Assembly: GCA_050018275.1 (NCBI GenBank)
Contig: JBEKAK010000017.1
Location: 6,015-70,014, forward strand
Source of the DNA: Terriglobia bacterium
Lineage (GTDB): Bacteria > Acidobacteriota > Terriglobia > UBA7540
Length of the DNA: 64,000 nucleotides
Reading direction: 5' to 3'
Shown: piece by piece, positions 63,176 through 64,000 of the stretch
Layout of the letters: each line of letters opens with the position of its first letter
Position numbering within the stretch: the first letter of the stretch is position 1
The notes under the pieces: model-generated
What the model was told of the DNA's origin: nothing
The model's input: only the letters and a program-made list of their open reading frames with translations
Databases searched by the model: none
Position numbers and translations under genes: made by a program

Positions 63176-64000
63176 ATGCCCAGAGAACGTTTGGTTTCAC
63201 CAGAACTGATCTCGAAAGAGGAAGAGAACTTCAATCGCAGCCTTCGTCCTCCCACGCTCCATGAGTATGTCGGGCAGAGGAAGGTTGTGGAAAAGCTCTC
63301 CATCGCCTTGCAGGCGGCGCGCCAGCGAGGCGAATCCCTCGAACACGTGCTGTTTTATGGGCCGCCCGGTCTGGGCAAGACCACCTTGGCGTACATCATT
63401 GCCCACGCCATGGGATCGAAGATCACGACGACTTCGGGTCCGGCGCTGGAGCGGACCGGCGACCTGATGGGCATCCTCACCAATCTCGGCGAGGGCGACA
63501 TCCTCTTCATCGACGAGATTCATCGGCTGCCCGCCAACATCGAGGAGTTTCTGTATCCGGCGATGGAAGACTTCAAGGTGGATTTTGTGGTGGACAAGGG
63601 GATGTTCGCCAGGACCATCAATGTCCCCCTCAAGAAGTTCACCATGGTGGGCGCTACGACGCGCGCCGGGAGCCTTTCCGCGCCACTTCGAAACCGCTTC
63701 GGGCTCTTCTATCACTTGGAGTTCTACACGGTGGAGGATCTTCGCCAGATCGTCCAGCGCTCCGCGCGTATTCTCAGCGCTCAGGTTGATGAAGCGGGGG
63801 CCACGGAAATCGCCCGTCGCGCGCGCGGCACGCCGAGGATTGCCAATCGTCTCCTGCGGCGCGTGCGCGACTATGCAGAAGTAAAGGCGAAGGGTGAGAT
63901 TAACACCGGAGTCGCGGGCGAGGCCCTGAAGCTGGAAGGGGTTGATGATCAGGGTCTGGACGATCTCGATCGAAACTTCCTCTCCACGATCATTCGCATA
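63176..64000 (+). CDS. ruvB: Holliday junction DNA helicase RuvB (runs off right edge)
   Basis: Hand translation from ATG 63176 gives [41 protein letters not shown]...[23 protein letters not shown]...[10 protein letters not shown]...[10 protein letters not shown]...[17 protein letters not shown]. It is absent from the ORF track only because no stop falls inside the window. Confidence 0.95.
   Translation, partial: MPRERLVSPELISKEEENFNRSLRPPTLHEYVGQRKVVEKLSIALQAARQRGESLEHVLFYGPPGLGKTTLAYIIAHAMGSKITTTSGPALERTGDLMGILTNLGEGDILFIDEIHRLPANIEEFLYPAMEDFKVDFVVDKGMFARTINVPLKKFTMVGATTRAGSLSAPLRNRFGLFYHLEFYTVEDLRQIVQRSARILSAQVDEAGATEIARRARGTPRIANRLLRRVRDYAEVKAKGEINTGVAGEALKLEGVDDQGLDDLDRNFLSTIIRI

Overview
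High-GC bacterial chromosomal window. The gene content suggests Acidobacteriota: CarboxypepD_reg-type TonB receptor, PEGA proteins, four-helix-bundle gene and eukaryotic-type citrate synthase. That taxonomic call is an inference. All family assignments come from reading the supplied translations and recalling motifs; no searches were run.

Layout:
- 1-8.5 kb: reverse-strand complex I operon nuoC-D-H-I-J-K-L-M-N, with no nuoA/B or nuoE/F/G, preceded by a sigma70-like promoter and tRNA-Ser(GCU).
- 9-26 kb: glycan-utilisation neighbourhood. Intact genes are GH31, a TonB-dependent receptor, a Tat-exported sugar-phosphate isomerase and a GH78 rhamnosidase. Decayed genes are a frameshifted ~1200-aa GH2, a 5'-truncated GH2 fragment, an RHS fragment and a 60-nt relic of the isomerase gene.
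- 12.05-13.8 kb: 1.7 kb non-coding island of palindromic REP/MITE-like repeats, including one 209-bp element with 18-bp terminal inverted repeats and an 8-bp target-site duplication.
- 26-31 kb: four-gene cluster of secreted proteins. It contains two PEGA paralogues, an unknown protein and an alpha/beta-hydrolase-like protein.
- 31-37 kb: beta-helix protein, DUF2461, YbaK, citrate synthase and a Crp/Fnr regulator with two ATGAC-N4/5-GTCAT palindromes downstream.
- 37-44 kb: periplasmic haem/beta-propeller operon, interrupted by an inverted-repeat-flanked four-helix-bundle cassette.
- 44-64 kb: RidA-like protein plus DAHP synthase, two orphan LivK-type binding proteins, polA, lpxC, gdhA with a sigma54-type promoter, a sugar-phosphate aldolase/epimerase/SDR cluster and ruvCAB.
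- Three type II toxin-antitoxin (TA) pairs, each with one broken partner: relE nonsense, brnT frameshift, and ygiT UGA at a zinc-ligand Cys position.

The signals most worth a second look are a family of heptanucleotide tandem-repeat tracts in same-strand intergenic spacers, the IR-flanked four-helix-bundle cassette, three in-frame UGA codons in small genes, and the MITE with its target-site duplication.
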